This document shows positions 32,977 to 43,647 of a stretch of DNA of 64,000 nucleotides, piece after piece. Both the position numbers and the translations under genes were made by a program. Within the stretch, counting starts at the first letter, position 1, and every line of letters starts with the position of its first letter. The notes beneath the pieces were generated by a model. The model ran no database searches. It was given only the letters and a program-made list of their open reading frames with translations, and had not been told where the DNA came from. Source of the DNA: Chrysochromulina tobinii (lineage: Eukaryota); assembly GCA_001275005.1 (NCBI GenBank), contig JWZX01003273.1:1-64000 (forward strand), written 5' to 3'.

Positions 32977-33798
32977 GCAGAAAAGAGGGGAGCGAGGCGT
33001 GCGGGCGCCCTCGTGGGCGCCCTCGTTTGAGAGCGCCCGCGCACTCTCCTTCGTGCTCCTCCAGGCCCAGGTGAGACGGGGCGAGACCCTCGGCGCATGA
33101 GTCTGTGGCATGGCGTGCTCACGTTGCGGAAGCTGTTTGAGTGATGCACCAAGAGGCATGCTTGAGTCGATGCATGCGGGTTGGGCGGGCACGGCGGCCC
33201 TAGCGTGCAAACGTGAGGGGCTGGCTTTAGCGGTGGTTCTGGCCTCTGTGCGGCCTACAAGATCTGAGTGCGACGGGGCGAGCGGAATCTCGAGCGAAAG
33301 CCGAGAGCGCGGCTCTGGGGGCGGGGCTGGACCGGGGCCACAGAAGGGCCAGTGAGGAGCTCTCTACGGCTCTGAGGCTCTCTGTGGATGTGTCTGTGAC
33401 TCGTCCGTACGTGTGTGAGGGTGGGGTAAAGGATTAAGGTCCACCACACACAAAGGACAAGGGAAGACAATTCTCAAGAGTGAAGAGTCAAGTGGGAGGT
33501 CGGTGCGTCGGTCTGGCGAGGTTTGCGCGCGCGGCCGGTTGCAGCAATGCAGGGCCGCGCGGGTTGGGGGCGGGCGACGTACTATCACGTAAGTTAAGGG
33601 CTGGACCACGGGACGGTATTTACAGAGTGAGTTAGAACCAGCACGCGAACTGCGGAGCGGCGGAGCAGACGGACGCGTCCTTGTATCTCGATCGAAAAGC
33701 GACCGTTTCATCAAATCTCCTCACGAGCTCTTAGTCGATCTTTTTGCTTCCGACATCGTGGCGCGCCTGCCGCGAAAGCGACGCGAGTGCCCGTGAGC

Positions 33799-34971
33799 AT
33801 GTCCATCGGCAACAGCGGCCGGGACCTCGTCATGTGCATGCTGCTGCTGCCCATGCTCGAGTGGCTGTGCTCCTCGGCGAAAATCGTCGGCCGGCCGCCA
33901 AATCTGCAGAAGGGCGTCATGATCGCCGCCGGCTTCCTCGCCATCTTCTCGGCGGTCAAGATTGGCTACGAGGTGGCGCTCAAAGAGCCTTCGTACTACG
34001 ACATGCTCGAAGTGGTGCCGGGCGCCGCGCACACCGAGCTCAAAAAGGGCTACAAGCAAGCGAGCCTCAAGGTGCACCCTGACAAGCTGCAGGCACAGCG
34101 AAATGCAGGCGTAGGAGAGGCAGCGGACGATGAGCCGCCGAGCGACGAGGCGTTCCTCGCGGTCAAGGCTGCGTACGAGGTACTGAGCGACGCGCAGCTG
34201 CGTGATCTCTACGATAAATTCGGGAAGGCGGGCATCGCGAAGAAGGACGACACGACGTCGCTGCTGACTGGCCTCGGCTTCTTTTACGTCGTGTGGCTCG
34301 CGCTCGCCTACCTGCTCACGCGTCGCAAGCAGGTGTGCCGCGCGCAGACGTGGAGCTTCTCGGGGCTGCTCGCCCTCGCCATCTTCGAGTACCAGGCGAC
34401 CGTCCAGGGCTTCGACTTCCTGCAGCAACAGCTCCCGCAGCTGACCATGTTCGAGAAAGTCGAGCTTCTCCATCGCCTCTACCCTGTCTACCTGCTCGGC
34501 GCGCGACTCGTGGCGCTGCTCTTCTTCCAGGACATTGACGCGCACAACTTTGTGATGCTGCAGCACTTGCACTGGAAGATAGACCGGCTGCGCGAGCGTC
34601 TCTTCATCCACAACAATGGCGCGCCTGCCTGCCCGCCCGGCGTAGTACCCTACGCCTCTCCAGAGCAGTGGACCCAGTTCGCGCAGCAGACGGAGCACTA
34701 TTACAAGCTCCTACAGCAGCAGCAGCCCCGCCGAACAGCAACCGCCGACACCGCTGCCGGACAGCTTCCGGTCGCCGAGGACGGCGCCTCGGCCTTCGGC
34801 CAATTCAACGCGGATGCTATCGACGCGCCATTCGCGAGCGACCCCACAGCTCCCCCCGTGCTGCGAGCCGCGCCCGCGCCCGCGGCGAAGGGCGGCCGCC
34901 AGATCAGCGGGCTCATCTGGTTCTTTGGTGTCTACTTCTTCTTCCAGTGGCTCCTTGGCCGGTCAGGCTAG
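33799..34971 (+). CDS. Multi-pass membrane J-domain (DnaJ/Hsp40) protein
   Basis: SYYDMLEV...LKKGYKQASLKVHPDK...AYEVLSD..LR..YDKFG; several hydrophobic segments. Confidence 0.85.
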   Translation: MSIGNSGRDLVMCMLLLPMLEWLCSSAKIVGRPPNLQKGVMIAAGFLAIFSAVKIGYEVALKEPSYYDMLEVVPGAAHTELKKGYKQASLKVHPDKLQAQRNAGVGEAADDEPPSDEAFLAVKAAYEVLSDAQLRDLYDKFGKAGIAKKDDTTSLLTGLGFFYVVWLALAYLLTRRKQVCRAQTWSFSGLLALAIFEYQATVQGFDFLQQQLPQLTMFEKVELLHRLYPVYLLGARLVALLFFQDIDAHNFVMLQHLHWKIDRLRERLFIHNNGAPACPPGVVPYASPEQWTQFAQQTEHYYKLLQQQQPRRTATADTAAGQLPVAEDGASAFGQFNADAIDAPFASDPTAPPVLRAAPAPAAKGGRQISGLIWFFGVYFFFQWLLGRSG

Positions 34972-35598
34972 TGTGGGGCACAGCGAAAGCAGCGCGTCAA
35001 GACCTTAGACCTCCGACGGGCGAGCAAGCGCACTCTTCCGCATTGGCCAGGGAGAACGCGACGCTCAGGGTGTGGAGCACTTCGACGACCTCTCGCCGCC
35101 GAGGGGAGGAACTCGAAATGCACGTGACGCGCGCGCGCGTGAGCCTCAAGACCAATGACGTCAAGTGTGGGTCACGCAGTTACGTCGTCCGCCGCGCCCC
35201 ATTTTGGGGGGTTATGGCTGTGAATGTGTTACTGTAGGTGTGTACCGTATCCGTAAATACGCGTCCGTTTAACTAAAAAATCTAACTTCTTTTTCCTCTC
35301 TGTCAAAATCCCGCGGGTGGCCCTTTTTGCGGTCGAGCGTGAGAAGCAGATCCATCGGAAGCTTAGCTAAAACGTTAGTAGCCATACCGACAACACAAGT
35401 AGATCTAAACGCAATCGAATACCCTGTAGCCAACGGAGTAGGAAAGGGTGGGGGGAGATTTGGAGAAAGTATGCCCATAACCGCTGACGCTTGTTTATTT
35501 GCTCGACTGTTGCTTGCATGCATGCAGAACATGCAAAAATTTGTCAAAATTCGACGAAACGGTCTTGGCATTCAGCGCTTGTGCGGCACGCAGTCATT

Positions 35599-38500
35599 AT
35601 GGGCGTGCCCGAAGAGCAGGACGGTGGCCCTGAGCTCACCGAAGAGGAAAGGCGACAGAAAAATATTGCGGCCCGTAAGGCGGAAAGACTGGCCCTCAAA
35701 AAGCCCGATGCCGAGCGCGAGAAAAAGCTTGAGGCCAAAGACAAGGAGAGAGCAATGCAGGGCATCGTGGCCGACTTCGTGCTCATCTATCCGGTCGAGT
35801 CCGAGGAGCTCCTAAGGGAGAAGGCCAAAGAGGCGTTGAAAAGAGGAGGCTTGAGTGCCGTTGCCGGTGCCACGGGACTCGGTGGCATTGAACACCACCT
35901 CAAAAAGCAGCTCACAGAGCTCGACAAGCGGCAGGAGCGGCGCGCGAACATGATCCTCAAGTTCCGCCAGGCCGGTCTGATGACCCAGCTCAGCAGGAGC
36001 CGCGACGGCGAGTGCATGTACCTCAAGGTCTGGGCTACGCTCGACCGACTCATTGTAGAGGCAGGCCGGACGGAGACCGAGATGCTTGTCACGCAGGAGG
36101 TGGCCAGGTCCCTCAGCCTGGCGACCGCGCCCACGCCCTCTTTCAATCTGCGCAACATTCCCGGCCTATATCTTCTGCTCTGGCTCTTCTGCGACAAGGG
36201 CAAAGAGGCAGAGGAGATGCGGTCCTACCGCGACTTTGATGAGGACGAGATCGAGATCTTCGAGCGCAAGAAGGGAAGGCTCTTCTCGAGCCTTGAGCGG
36301 CAGCGGCTCGTCTACTCGATCGTCGAGGGTGCCGAGGAGGTCGGCGGCGCGCAGCAGGACCTCGACGAGATGGTTGCACGCAAGGCGATCACCTCGTTCG
36401 TGTGGCCACACTCCTACGAGAAGGAAGAGCTTTGGTTCCGATGGGGAGCCATGGACGAGGTAGGACCCATCCAGGGGCGCTGGCTGCGCTCCACAATCCC
36501 CGACCTCTTCCGCACGATGATGTGGTTCCTGCTCCTCTTCTTTTACATCATCTCGATCGGTATGGACGCGCGAACCTTCGACCTCACGTGCGCCATCACC
36601 CTTGGTCTTCTGATGGCGAGTGCGATGGTCGCCGGCATGTTCAAGCAGCCGCTGCATCAAGTGCGCGACTACTTTGGGGAGAGCATGGCCTTCTACTTCG
36701 CGTGGATGGAGCACTACGAGACCTACCTCATCTACCTCGCGATCCTCGCCCTCGTTGCAATCGCCGCCGGTGCCTCCGAGGTGTTTCCGATGCGCGAAGG
36801 CCTCGAGACCGCGGCCGACGGTCGCCTGGTACCTGTGGATGATACCCGCCTGGTCAACTCAGCTTGGGCGAAACTCATCTACTGCTTCATTGTGGCCGCG
36901 TGGACGACTGTCTACATGGAGAGCTGGAAGCGCCGGAACGCCGTGCTCGCGTACATCTGGGATGTGCAGGATTTCGAGGAGGAGGAGGCCCCTCGCCCCG
37001 AGTTCCTCGCCAACTTCGCCAACGGGCGCTGGAAGGCGGTGGGGCGCGAGGAAGAGACGGGCTGCCTCTCGAGCATCACGAAGAACATCAAGATGGAGGA
37101 GGGCTACGGCTTCTTCACTGAGGACGGCAGGTTCGTCGCCATCGACCAGGAGCGCGGCGCGCAGGTGTGCGATGAGAAGAAGAAGTACTTCCCAGAGGAG
37201 CAGCGTACGAAGATCAAGATGTACTTCGCCGTGCCGCAGCTCCTCCTGATGACGGGCCTGATGATCATTGGCCAACTAGCGATCCTCGTCTTCAAGATGC
37301 TGGTGCAGGTGAATGTGTACCTGCGCACGCATCCCTTCTGGGGTGGGGGGTTCGGCCAGCAGATTCCGAATCTGCTATCTGTCATCTGGATCCAGGTCAT
37401 GAACAACTTGTACGTCACGCTCGCCACTGCGCTCAACGACCTCGAGAACTACCGCACAGAGACTGAGTACCAGGACCAGCGCATCCTCAAGGTGATGGTG
37501 TTCACCTTCATCAACTCGTATATCACGCTCTTCTACATAGCCTTCATCAAGGCAAATGGCGTCGCAGTCCCCTTCTCCGAGGGGATCTCTGAGGATGGCA
37601 GGCCGTATCGAGACCTATGCGGGTACCTGCCGGGAGAGTCCGCGGAGGCGCCCTGGGACGGCTCACCGGATGCGCCCGGCGATGTGACATGCGGCGTGCG
37701 GCAAGGCTGCTTCCGATTCGCCAACACCGTGCCGGAATGCACAGCAACGTCCGCGGTCGGAGCCGCATGCTGCAACTTCAACGCGACCACGCTGGCCGAG
37801 TCGGGATGCAACTTCGTCTTCGTGAAGCGCGACTGCTCGTTCGACCTGCGCCAGATGATGGTCAATTACACGCTGCTCAAGACGGTGTACGAGGGCATCC
37901 TGCAGGTCGCTGTGCCTGTGGCCCTGACCATGTACAGCCAGTATAAGCTCGAAAAGCAGATGAAACAGCACGCCAAGAAGCAGACGAAGACCGTTGCGGT
38001 CGATCAGCCGGAGACCAGCCCCGAGGCCAACCCCTTCCTCACCGGAATCAACATCCAGCTGCCCTTGTCGCCCGTGTCGCCACGCTTGGGCACGTCCTCG
38101 CCCGCGAGCCCGGACGACGGCCGCTCCCCGCCCGCCCTGGACGCCGCCGCCCCTAGCAGTGTGAAGTTGCCGTCGCCCGAAGCGGCCACGGCTGAGTCAT
38201 CGATGCCCCCGCCAGCACCTGAATCGCCCCGCCTGACTCCCCGCCCCACCTCGCCAGCCGCGCCCGGGATGACCCCCCCACCCTCTCCGCCCGAGGGCGA
38301 GGCTGCACTCAAGGCTGCACATGAAGAGACCGTGGCCAAAGGGGAGGAGACGGAGGGAGAATCCGAGGCGGACGAGGCGCTTTGGAAGGATGAGGTGATG
38401 GCGATGACCACGCCGCCGCCCTCGCCCCCGTCTGCCTCGGTGGTGCCAGTCGCGGTGAAGAATGACCGTCGCCGCGCCAAAAGGATAGCCCAGAGGGAGC

Positions 38501-39570
38501 TGGCCGGCATGCCGCCCGAGGAGCAGCGGCTGGCCTTCCACAAGTCGATTGAGCTCGAGCTCACGCAGGAGGTCTTCCCGGGTACCTTTGCCGAGTTCCT
38601 GACCAAGGTGGTCCAGTTCGGGTACGTGTCGATGTTCTCGGCCGCCTTCCCGATCGCTGCCATCTCTTCGGCGGTGGGCAACTTCATCGAGATCCGACTC
38701 GACGCGATCAAGGTTCTCCAGTCGCGCCGGCGACGATATGAAGGCGCAGAGGACATTGGCTCGTGGCAGGACGTGCTCGTGCTCATGTCGTGGATTGCGC
38801 TGCCGATCAACGTCTCGCTCTTCGTCTTCACCTCGTGGACATTCCGCAAGTATGTGCTCGTGCCCTCGATCGCCACGAGCGACTCGTGCTCGCCCGCCGT
38901 CCCTTATGAGACCATCGGCGACAGCGCAGGCATCTGGCCCAACTTCATCTTGCAGGCCAACGGCTCGATTAACGGCTCGATGTCCGAGGCGAAGGCCACG
39001 CTCTCGCCACGCGCGCGATTCTACGGCACGGACGACAGCTTCACGATCAAGTGCGCACAGAACATCAACGACTGCTGGGCGGCCGTGGGCGGCGTTGAGT
39101 GGCTTCCCGCACAGCAGTACCTTGTGACTGAGGCCATGCCGAGACCTTACGGCACGGACGAGCTCAAGGAGGCGGTGTGCAACCGCGGCTCGAAGATGTA
39201 CAACCAGCTGCACTGCGAGATGTGCGAGGGCTGGTCGAACGAGGTGCTCTTCTGGCAGATGTTGGTGCTCTTCCTCGTGGAGCATGTGCTGCTGGTTCTC
39301 AAGGTGTTCCTCGCGTTCATCATCCCTGACTCGCCGCAGTGGGTGCGAGACGCGACTGCGCGCGCCGATTTCCTCAGGTCGGTCAAACACGAGGTGAAAC
39401 GGCTCAGCATGGACGAGGACTCACCTCGCCTCGATGCCACCATGAAGGTCGAGCAGACGAAGGCTGAGATTGCTGCGCTCAAGAAGCGCCTGAACGAGTC
39501 CACCGACGGGCAGAGGAGCACCTCGGCCTCGGCCGCACTCGGACCGGCTACGTCTGGGGGCTTCGTATAA
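35599..39570 (+). CDS. Anoctamin/TMEM16 family channel or scramblase
   Basis: QPLHQVRDYFGESMAFYFAWM, YMESWKRR, LNDLENYRTETEY, FTFINSY..LFYIAF, VQFGYVSMFSAAFP, EIRLDA, AEDIGSW, EHVLL..K...IPD.P.WV. Confidence 0.92.
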   Translation: MGVPEEQDGGPELTEEERRQKNIAARKAERLALKKPDAEREKKLEAKDKERAMQGIVADFVLIYPVESEELLREKAKEALKRGGLSAVAGATGLGGIEHHLKKQLTELDKRQERRANMILKFRQAGLMTQLSRSRDGECMYLKVWATLDRLIVEAGRTETEMLVTQEVARSLSLATAPTPSFNLRNIPGLYLLLWLFCDKGKEAEEMRSYRDFDEDEIEIFERKKGRLFSSLERQRLVYSIVEGAEEVGGAQQDLDEMVARKAITSFVWPHSYEKEELWFRWGAMDEVGPIQGRWLRSTIPDLFRTMMWFLLLFFYIISIGMDARTFDLTCAITLGLLMASAMVAGMFKQPLHQVRDYFGESMAFYFAWMEHYETYLIYLAILALVAIAAGASEVFPMREGLETAADGRLVPVDDTRLVNSAWAKLIYCFIVAAWTTVYMESWKRRNAVLAYIWDVQDFEEEEAPRPEFLANFANGRWKAVGREEETGCLSSITKNIKMEEGYGFFTEDGRFVAIDQERGAQVCDEKKKYFPEEQRTKIKMYFAVPQLLLMTGLMIIGQLAILVFKMLVQVNVYLRTHPFWGGGFGQQIPNLLSVIWIQVMNNLYVTLATALNDLENYRTETEYQDQRILKVMVFTFINSYITLFYIAFIKANGVAVPFSEGISEDGRPYRDLCGYLPGESAEAPWDGSPDAPGDVTCGVRQGCFRFANTVPECTATSAVGAACCNFNATTLAESGCNFVFVKRDCSFDLRQMMVNYTLLKTVYEGILQVAVPVALTMYSQYKLEKQMKQHAKKQTKTVAVDQPETSPEANPFLTGINIQLPLSPVSPRLGTSSPASPDDGRSPPALDAAAPSSVKLPSPEAATAESSMPPPAPESPRLTPRPTSPAAPGMTPPPSPPEGEAALKAAHEETVAKGEETEGESEADEALWKDEVMAMTTPPPSPPSASVVPVAVKNDRRRAKRIAQRELAGMPPEEQRLAFHKSIELELTQEVFPGTFAEFLTKVVQFGYVSMFSAAFPIAAISSAVGNFIEIRLDAIKVLQSRRRRYEGAEDIGSWQDVLVLMSWIALPINVSLFVFTSWTFRKYVLVPSIATSDSCSPAVPYETIGDSAGIWPNFILQANGSINGSMSEAKATLSPRARFYGTDDSFTIKCAQNINDCWAAVGGVEWLPAQQYLVTEAMPRPYGTDELKEAVCNRGSKMYNQLHCEMCEGWSNEVLFWQMLVLFLVEHVLLVLKVFLAFIIPDSPQWVRDATARADFLRSVKHEVKRLSMDEDSPRLDATMKVEQTKAEIAALKKRLNESTDGQRSTSASAALGPATSGGFV

Positions 39571-40238
39571 CGCGGCGGCCGAACCACCCAAGGCCGGACG
39601 CAGTTTATGCGGGTCAATACACGCTAGCAAAGTAGCAATACAGCAGGCGCAAACGTGTGGCACAGGACAGCTCTCAACGTGTCAACGAAGGGTGTCGATG
39701 GGAGGTTTGGAGAGAGCGCACTAGGAGGAAGGAGCGCACACCTGTTGACAGGCCTAGCCCTTGGACAGGCCGGACGAGACAGGGGTCAACTGTGGAGCAT
39801 GCACAATGAGTACCGGTACCGTACCACAGCGCGGCAGGCACAATTCGAACTCTCGACACCGCGATCTCGTGCACCGCTGGAACACGAACCCGAACTATAT
39901 AAGTGATATAAGCGACAACCATCATGGTTCATGCATCAATCGGCACCACGGCTGGATCTATTTGAGCCATCCATGGCGATAAACCGTGTAACCGTGTGGC
40001 CGAAACAATTGCAGAAACAATATGCGTATGGTGATTTGGATCAAACCGTCATTCTAATCGTGAGAAAATGATATCCGGTAAATGCCGTCTGTGATTGATC
40101 GCCAATTCACCGCTGCCAGTCTGGGCTCAGTGCGCCGCCATGGCGCTACGGTCTCTAAAAATGCGCGCCGTTCCGGTGTACCGGTACCGGTACGGTGAGT
40201 GTGTGGGGCAAGAGCAAAAGCAACGCGTGGTCAGCCAC

Positions 40239-40728
40239 ATGCTCAGCAGGCTTTTCTCAACGCAGCGCGCGCTGTTTGCGCGGGCTCCGTTGTCGCTGCT
40301 GCACTTCGAGCGCGCCGCCAGTGGCAGGTGTGCTTGCTATCAGCCTTAACCCGATCACCGTCAGCACACGACCCATGCGCTGCACACAAAACCAAACGCA
40401 GTATGCGTCGTTGCACAGGTCCACAGCAGTGACGCTGCGCGATGCCTTGCGGCTTGGTACGATCACCGAAGGCCCGCCAACAGGCACCAAATTGGACTTT
40501 CATGTCCACCGTTCGCGATTGGGAAACCTGCCCGTCTACACCGACTTCCGAACTGGCGGTTCACGGAAGGTGACGATTGTCCGCAAGTTTGCAGGCAACG
40601 CTGCAACGCTGGGCAAGGAACTTGAGCGCTTGTGCGCCAGCCCAGTCACACTCTTCCACGGCCGGGTAGAGGTCAAGGGAATCCACGACAAGACGATCAG
40701 GGAGTGGCTCTTGTCGTTGGGGTTCTGA
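40239..40728 (+). CDS. MRPL49: Mitochondrial ribosomal protein mL49 (Img2-like); intron 40328-40418
   Basis: FHVHRSRLGNLPVY.D...G.RK.T.VRK..G...VEVKG....IREWL...GF. A presequence exon is joined in frame by AG|GTGTGC...GCACAG|G. Confidence 0.85.
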
Positions 40729-40837
40729 CAACTTTGTTATTGAATGTGTGATGCGGTTGTCGTTGTCCCCTCCACCTAGGCCCTATCTGAATATGATGTA
40801 GTGCAGTGCAACGTGCAGCGCGGTGTACTCGACGTCT

Positions 40838-41140
40838 TTAGTAATAGGAAGGGGGGTGTGACGCCTCGGTTCCTCTCGGAATTAACCTGAAAGAGGTGAG
40901 AGCGCGGAGGCGACCGGGCACCGGCCGCGCCGCCGCCCGCCGCCGGCGTCTAAGCCCCGTCCGGCGCGTTCGCCACGCCGCCGCCCCCGCGGGGTCGCCG
41001 CGGGGGACCGTGGATCCAGCCCGGGCGGCCCCGGGTGTCCGGCCCACGCCGGCGCCGGCGCCGGTTTCGGGTCGGCCGGGCCGCGATCGTCTTCCACGCG
41101 GACGGGTCGTGGATTCATTCCCCAAAATGCCCTTAAAAAT
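40838..41140. other. Non-coding CpG-rich palindromic island A between convergent genes
   Basis: Extremely GC-rich with few TG/CA dinucleotides; hairpin CCCCCGCGG-GGTCG-CCGCGGGGG (40984-41006); AT-richer shoulders. Confidence 0.5.
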
Positions 41141-41730
41141 GCCCAATTGCCCAATCGGCAATCGACCCCCAAGGTGCGGACAAACGCAGCTCTTGTATGG
41201 CAGCTATCTCGGTATTTCGCTTTCTCAGAGTACCTCTTTGGCCGCCACGTGCTTAGCCTCGCGCGCGATGCCGATGGCGCAACATGGCCTCCTCCTTCCT
41301 CCACTCAGCTTCCTCTCGCCGGCTCATCCACTGCGATGCAACTGGGTATCGCCTTCGCCATGCCGTGGCCAGGGATTTGCCGGGCTCGATGCTCAGCTCA
41401 ATCACATCCCAGCTTTCAAACTCGAAAAGCTTCGCCTCGTCGTTGAAGGCAAAGTCATCAACAGCCGGCACACGATCGCGAGGAGCACATCATGGGGCAC
41501 ATGCGCGCTGCATGGAGGGCGCGGGCATACCCAGAGCCATGGCATCGTTTGCGCACCTGGAAGCCGAGGGGCCCCATATCAGAACACTATTTTCACGAGA
41601 GGAGGTAGGCATCGATTCAAATCGCGAGGTGTATCGCACCGCGCACGGTGACCACGTGTCCCGCGTGCCGCCCGCCGCGGCCACACATAGGCCAGAAGAG
41701 GTCACGGAAGCCACGCACCATGGTACGAGC

Positions 41731-43647
41731 TCACTTGAAGTGCGCCTCCGCCAGCGCGACGAGCTCGGCCTGCGGGACCGCGTTGGTCGCCTGGCCGGCC
41801 GGCGGCTCCAGAAGCCAGTCGAGCCCCGCACTCTCGCTCGTGCCTGGCGCGTGGCACGCATCGTCCCTGAGGAAGATGAGTCCACGTATCGGGTGCGTCA
41901 CCTTCGCAAGGAACTTATCGAGCAGGTACGGCACGTACTTGAGGCGGAAGCAATCCTTGGCACGCACGCGTAGTCTCTCGGTGGCCACCGCAGGCGACGC
42001 CTTGCGCGGCGGCAGCACATCCGTGTTCAGCAGCGCGAGCCTCTTCTTCAGTGGCTGGTTGCAGGTGGAATTTCCGTGGATCGCGAGCACATCATAGGCG
42101 AGCAGTCGCCACGTGGTGCTGCCGCCCTCGCCCTCCTTGTCACCGACCACCTCGCCGGCCAACACGAGGCCCGCGTGCGTGCCTTCGCTGCCTCCCGCGC
42201 CTCCCATGCTGCCCTCTCTGGCCACGGCTGCCGAGCTCGGCAACCGTGGCCAGTGCATCGGCGGGAGCTGCCACGCGCCGCCTCGGTCGTCGAACAGCAC
42301 CGACCGCGTTTGGGTCTCACTCGAAGCATCGGCGAGCACGAGGAGCAGCACGCGTTCGCCACTGGCCTTCCACGTGACCAGCATACCCGAGCCTCCACTC
42401 AGCTGCATCGCCTGCAAGTGCTCACGCCGGAGGGACACGCCGTGGCTGCGGCAAGGCAGCCGCCGGCAGCTGGCCTCTGCGCGTGCGCCGCTGGCGTCGA
42501 CGCCGCCGCTGCCGTTGCTGCCGCCACCGACGAGCTCCTCGCACGTGCGGTGCAGGGCGGCGGCCTCTTCCGGAGAGAGCGCACGGCCCACGCTACAAAG
42601 CGCCAGCGGTCCCACGCCCGCGCCTGGCCCCGCATCGCTACCAGCCACCTCCAGAGCGGCCTTCTTGGTAGGCGGCGCCTCGCTGTCGATAGCGCACGCC
42701 GTCGGCGGCGGTCGCTTGGGCGCCGCCGTGGGCCCGCCCGCCATCTGGGCGGCAAACGGCGAGGCATCCAAAGATGACGAGGAGGCTGGTGTGCTGCGAG
42801 GGGCGGTGTCGGCGGCAAGAGCGTGGAAGAGCGGCACAGCCGGCTTTACCTTCGCGGACGGTGGCGCCATCGTTGCGGTGGCCGACGGTGCCGCCACGGA
42901 CCTCGGCGGCGGCGGCGGCATGGCCGTTGTACTCGAGGGAGCTGGTGCCGAGGCTAAAGGTGCTGAGGCTGGTGCCGCCGGTGGCTTGCGCGGTGGCAAC
43001 GCGATCGTTCGAAATACGATCGGATGCCACGCGGGCGGCTGTGGCTGCACCCAGCTGTCCGCGACGCTGTTGGCAGGCGCGTGTTCCCACAACGCCTCGA
43101 GGAACTCGGGCGCGTACACGCCGGGTGGCCGGCTCGCTGCGATCGCGCCGAGTACTCGGTCGAGTGGTGCTACGCGCATGCCGAAGCGAGCAATCATGTA
43201 ACCGGCCACGTTGAAACCGGTGACACAGTGCACGGCAATGTGGCGGCGCCCGTTGGCCGGCGACGCCCAGAAGCGCTCGACTGCCGCGATGAACTGGCTC
43301 ACAATCTCCTCGGATGGCACACTCTCGCGCCACTCGGTGCCCGGCTCTGCTTCGCTCAACGGAGGCGCGCAGGGAAGCGATAAGTACTCGACATCCCAGT
43401 CGCGGCTCCACTCGGCTGTGTCATACAGCTGATTCACGCTCGGCTGCAGGCTGGTCAGGTCGATGCACAGGCCGACTGAACGGCCTGCCAAATTCTGCCG
43501 ATCCATGAACATGGAGACAGTGAACTCGTCCTCCTCATCGAGCACGATCCCCTTCGTCTCGATGGGCGCCTTCAAGGGGATGAAGCCGACGAACGGAGTG
43601 CCAACTCGTGGTGCGCCCTTCCAGATGCTCAGGTCCACCTTCGGCAT
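41731..43647 (-). CDS. mRNA capping enzyme-like protein (RNA triphosphatase + guanylyltransferase NTase domain) with degenerate motifs and no OB domain
   Basis: FIPLKAP, GLCIDLT...Y, AVHCVTGFNVAGYMI, RPPGVY..EFL..L; VTWKASGER, LAGE, LLAYDV, RVRAKDCF, HPIRGLIF. Start at ATG 43647 (MPKVDL). Confidence 0.8.
   Translation of the reverse strand: MPKVDLSIWKGAPRVGTPFVGFIPLKAPIETKGIVLDEEDEFTVSMFMDRQNLAGRSVGLCIDLTSLQPSVNQLYDTAEWSRDWDVEYLSLPCAPPLSEAEPGTEWRESVPSEEIVSQFIAAVERFWASPANGRRHIAVHCVTGFNVAGYMIARFGMRVAPLDRVLGAIAASRPPGVYAPEFLEALWEHAPANSVADSWVQPQPPAWHPIVFRTIALPPRKPPAAPASAPLASAPAPSSTTAMPPPPPRSVAAPSATATMAPPSAKVKPAVPLFHALAADTAPRSTPASSSSLDASPFAAQMAGGPTAAPKRPPPTACAIDSEAPPTKKAALEVAGSDAGPGAGVGPLALCSVGRALSPEEAAALHRTCEELVGGGSNGSGGVDASGARAEASCRRLPCRSHGVSLRREHLQAMQLSGGSGMLVTWKASGERVLLLVLADASSETQTRSVLFDDRGGAWQLPPMHWPRLPSSAAVAREGSMGGAGGSEGTHAGLVLAGEVVGDKEGEGGSTTWRLLAYDVLAIHGNSTCNQPLKKRLALLNTDVLPPRKASPAVATERLRVRAKDCFRLKYVPYLLDKFLAKVTHPIRGLIFLRDDACHAPGTSESAGLDWLLEPPAGQATNAVPQAELVALAEAHFK

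Noticed and set aside
39810..40197. GTACCGGTACC motifs at both ends as possible transposon TIRs
   Set aside because: The motif is a self-complementary (GGTACC)n microrepeat also seen at about 32030; no TSD or transposase.
40945..40965. ACGGGGCTTA on the minus strand resembles the RNase MRP CR-V motif
   Set aside because: No matching GAAAGUCCCC (CR-I) upstream on that strand to form P4.
41088..41120. SECIS-like ATGAA...AGAC core on the minus strand
   Set aside because: The helix is only 6 bp and lacks the apical AA; too short for a eukaryotic SECIS.
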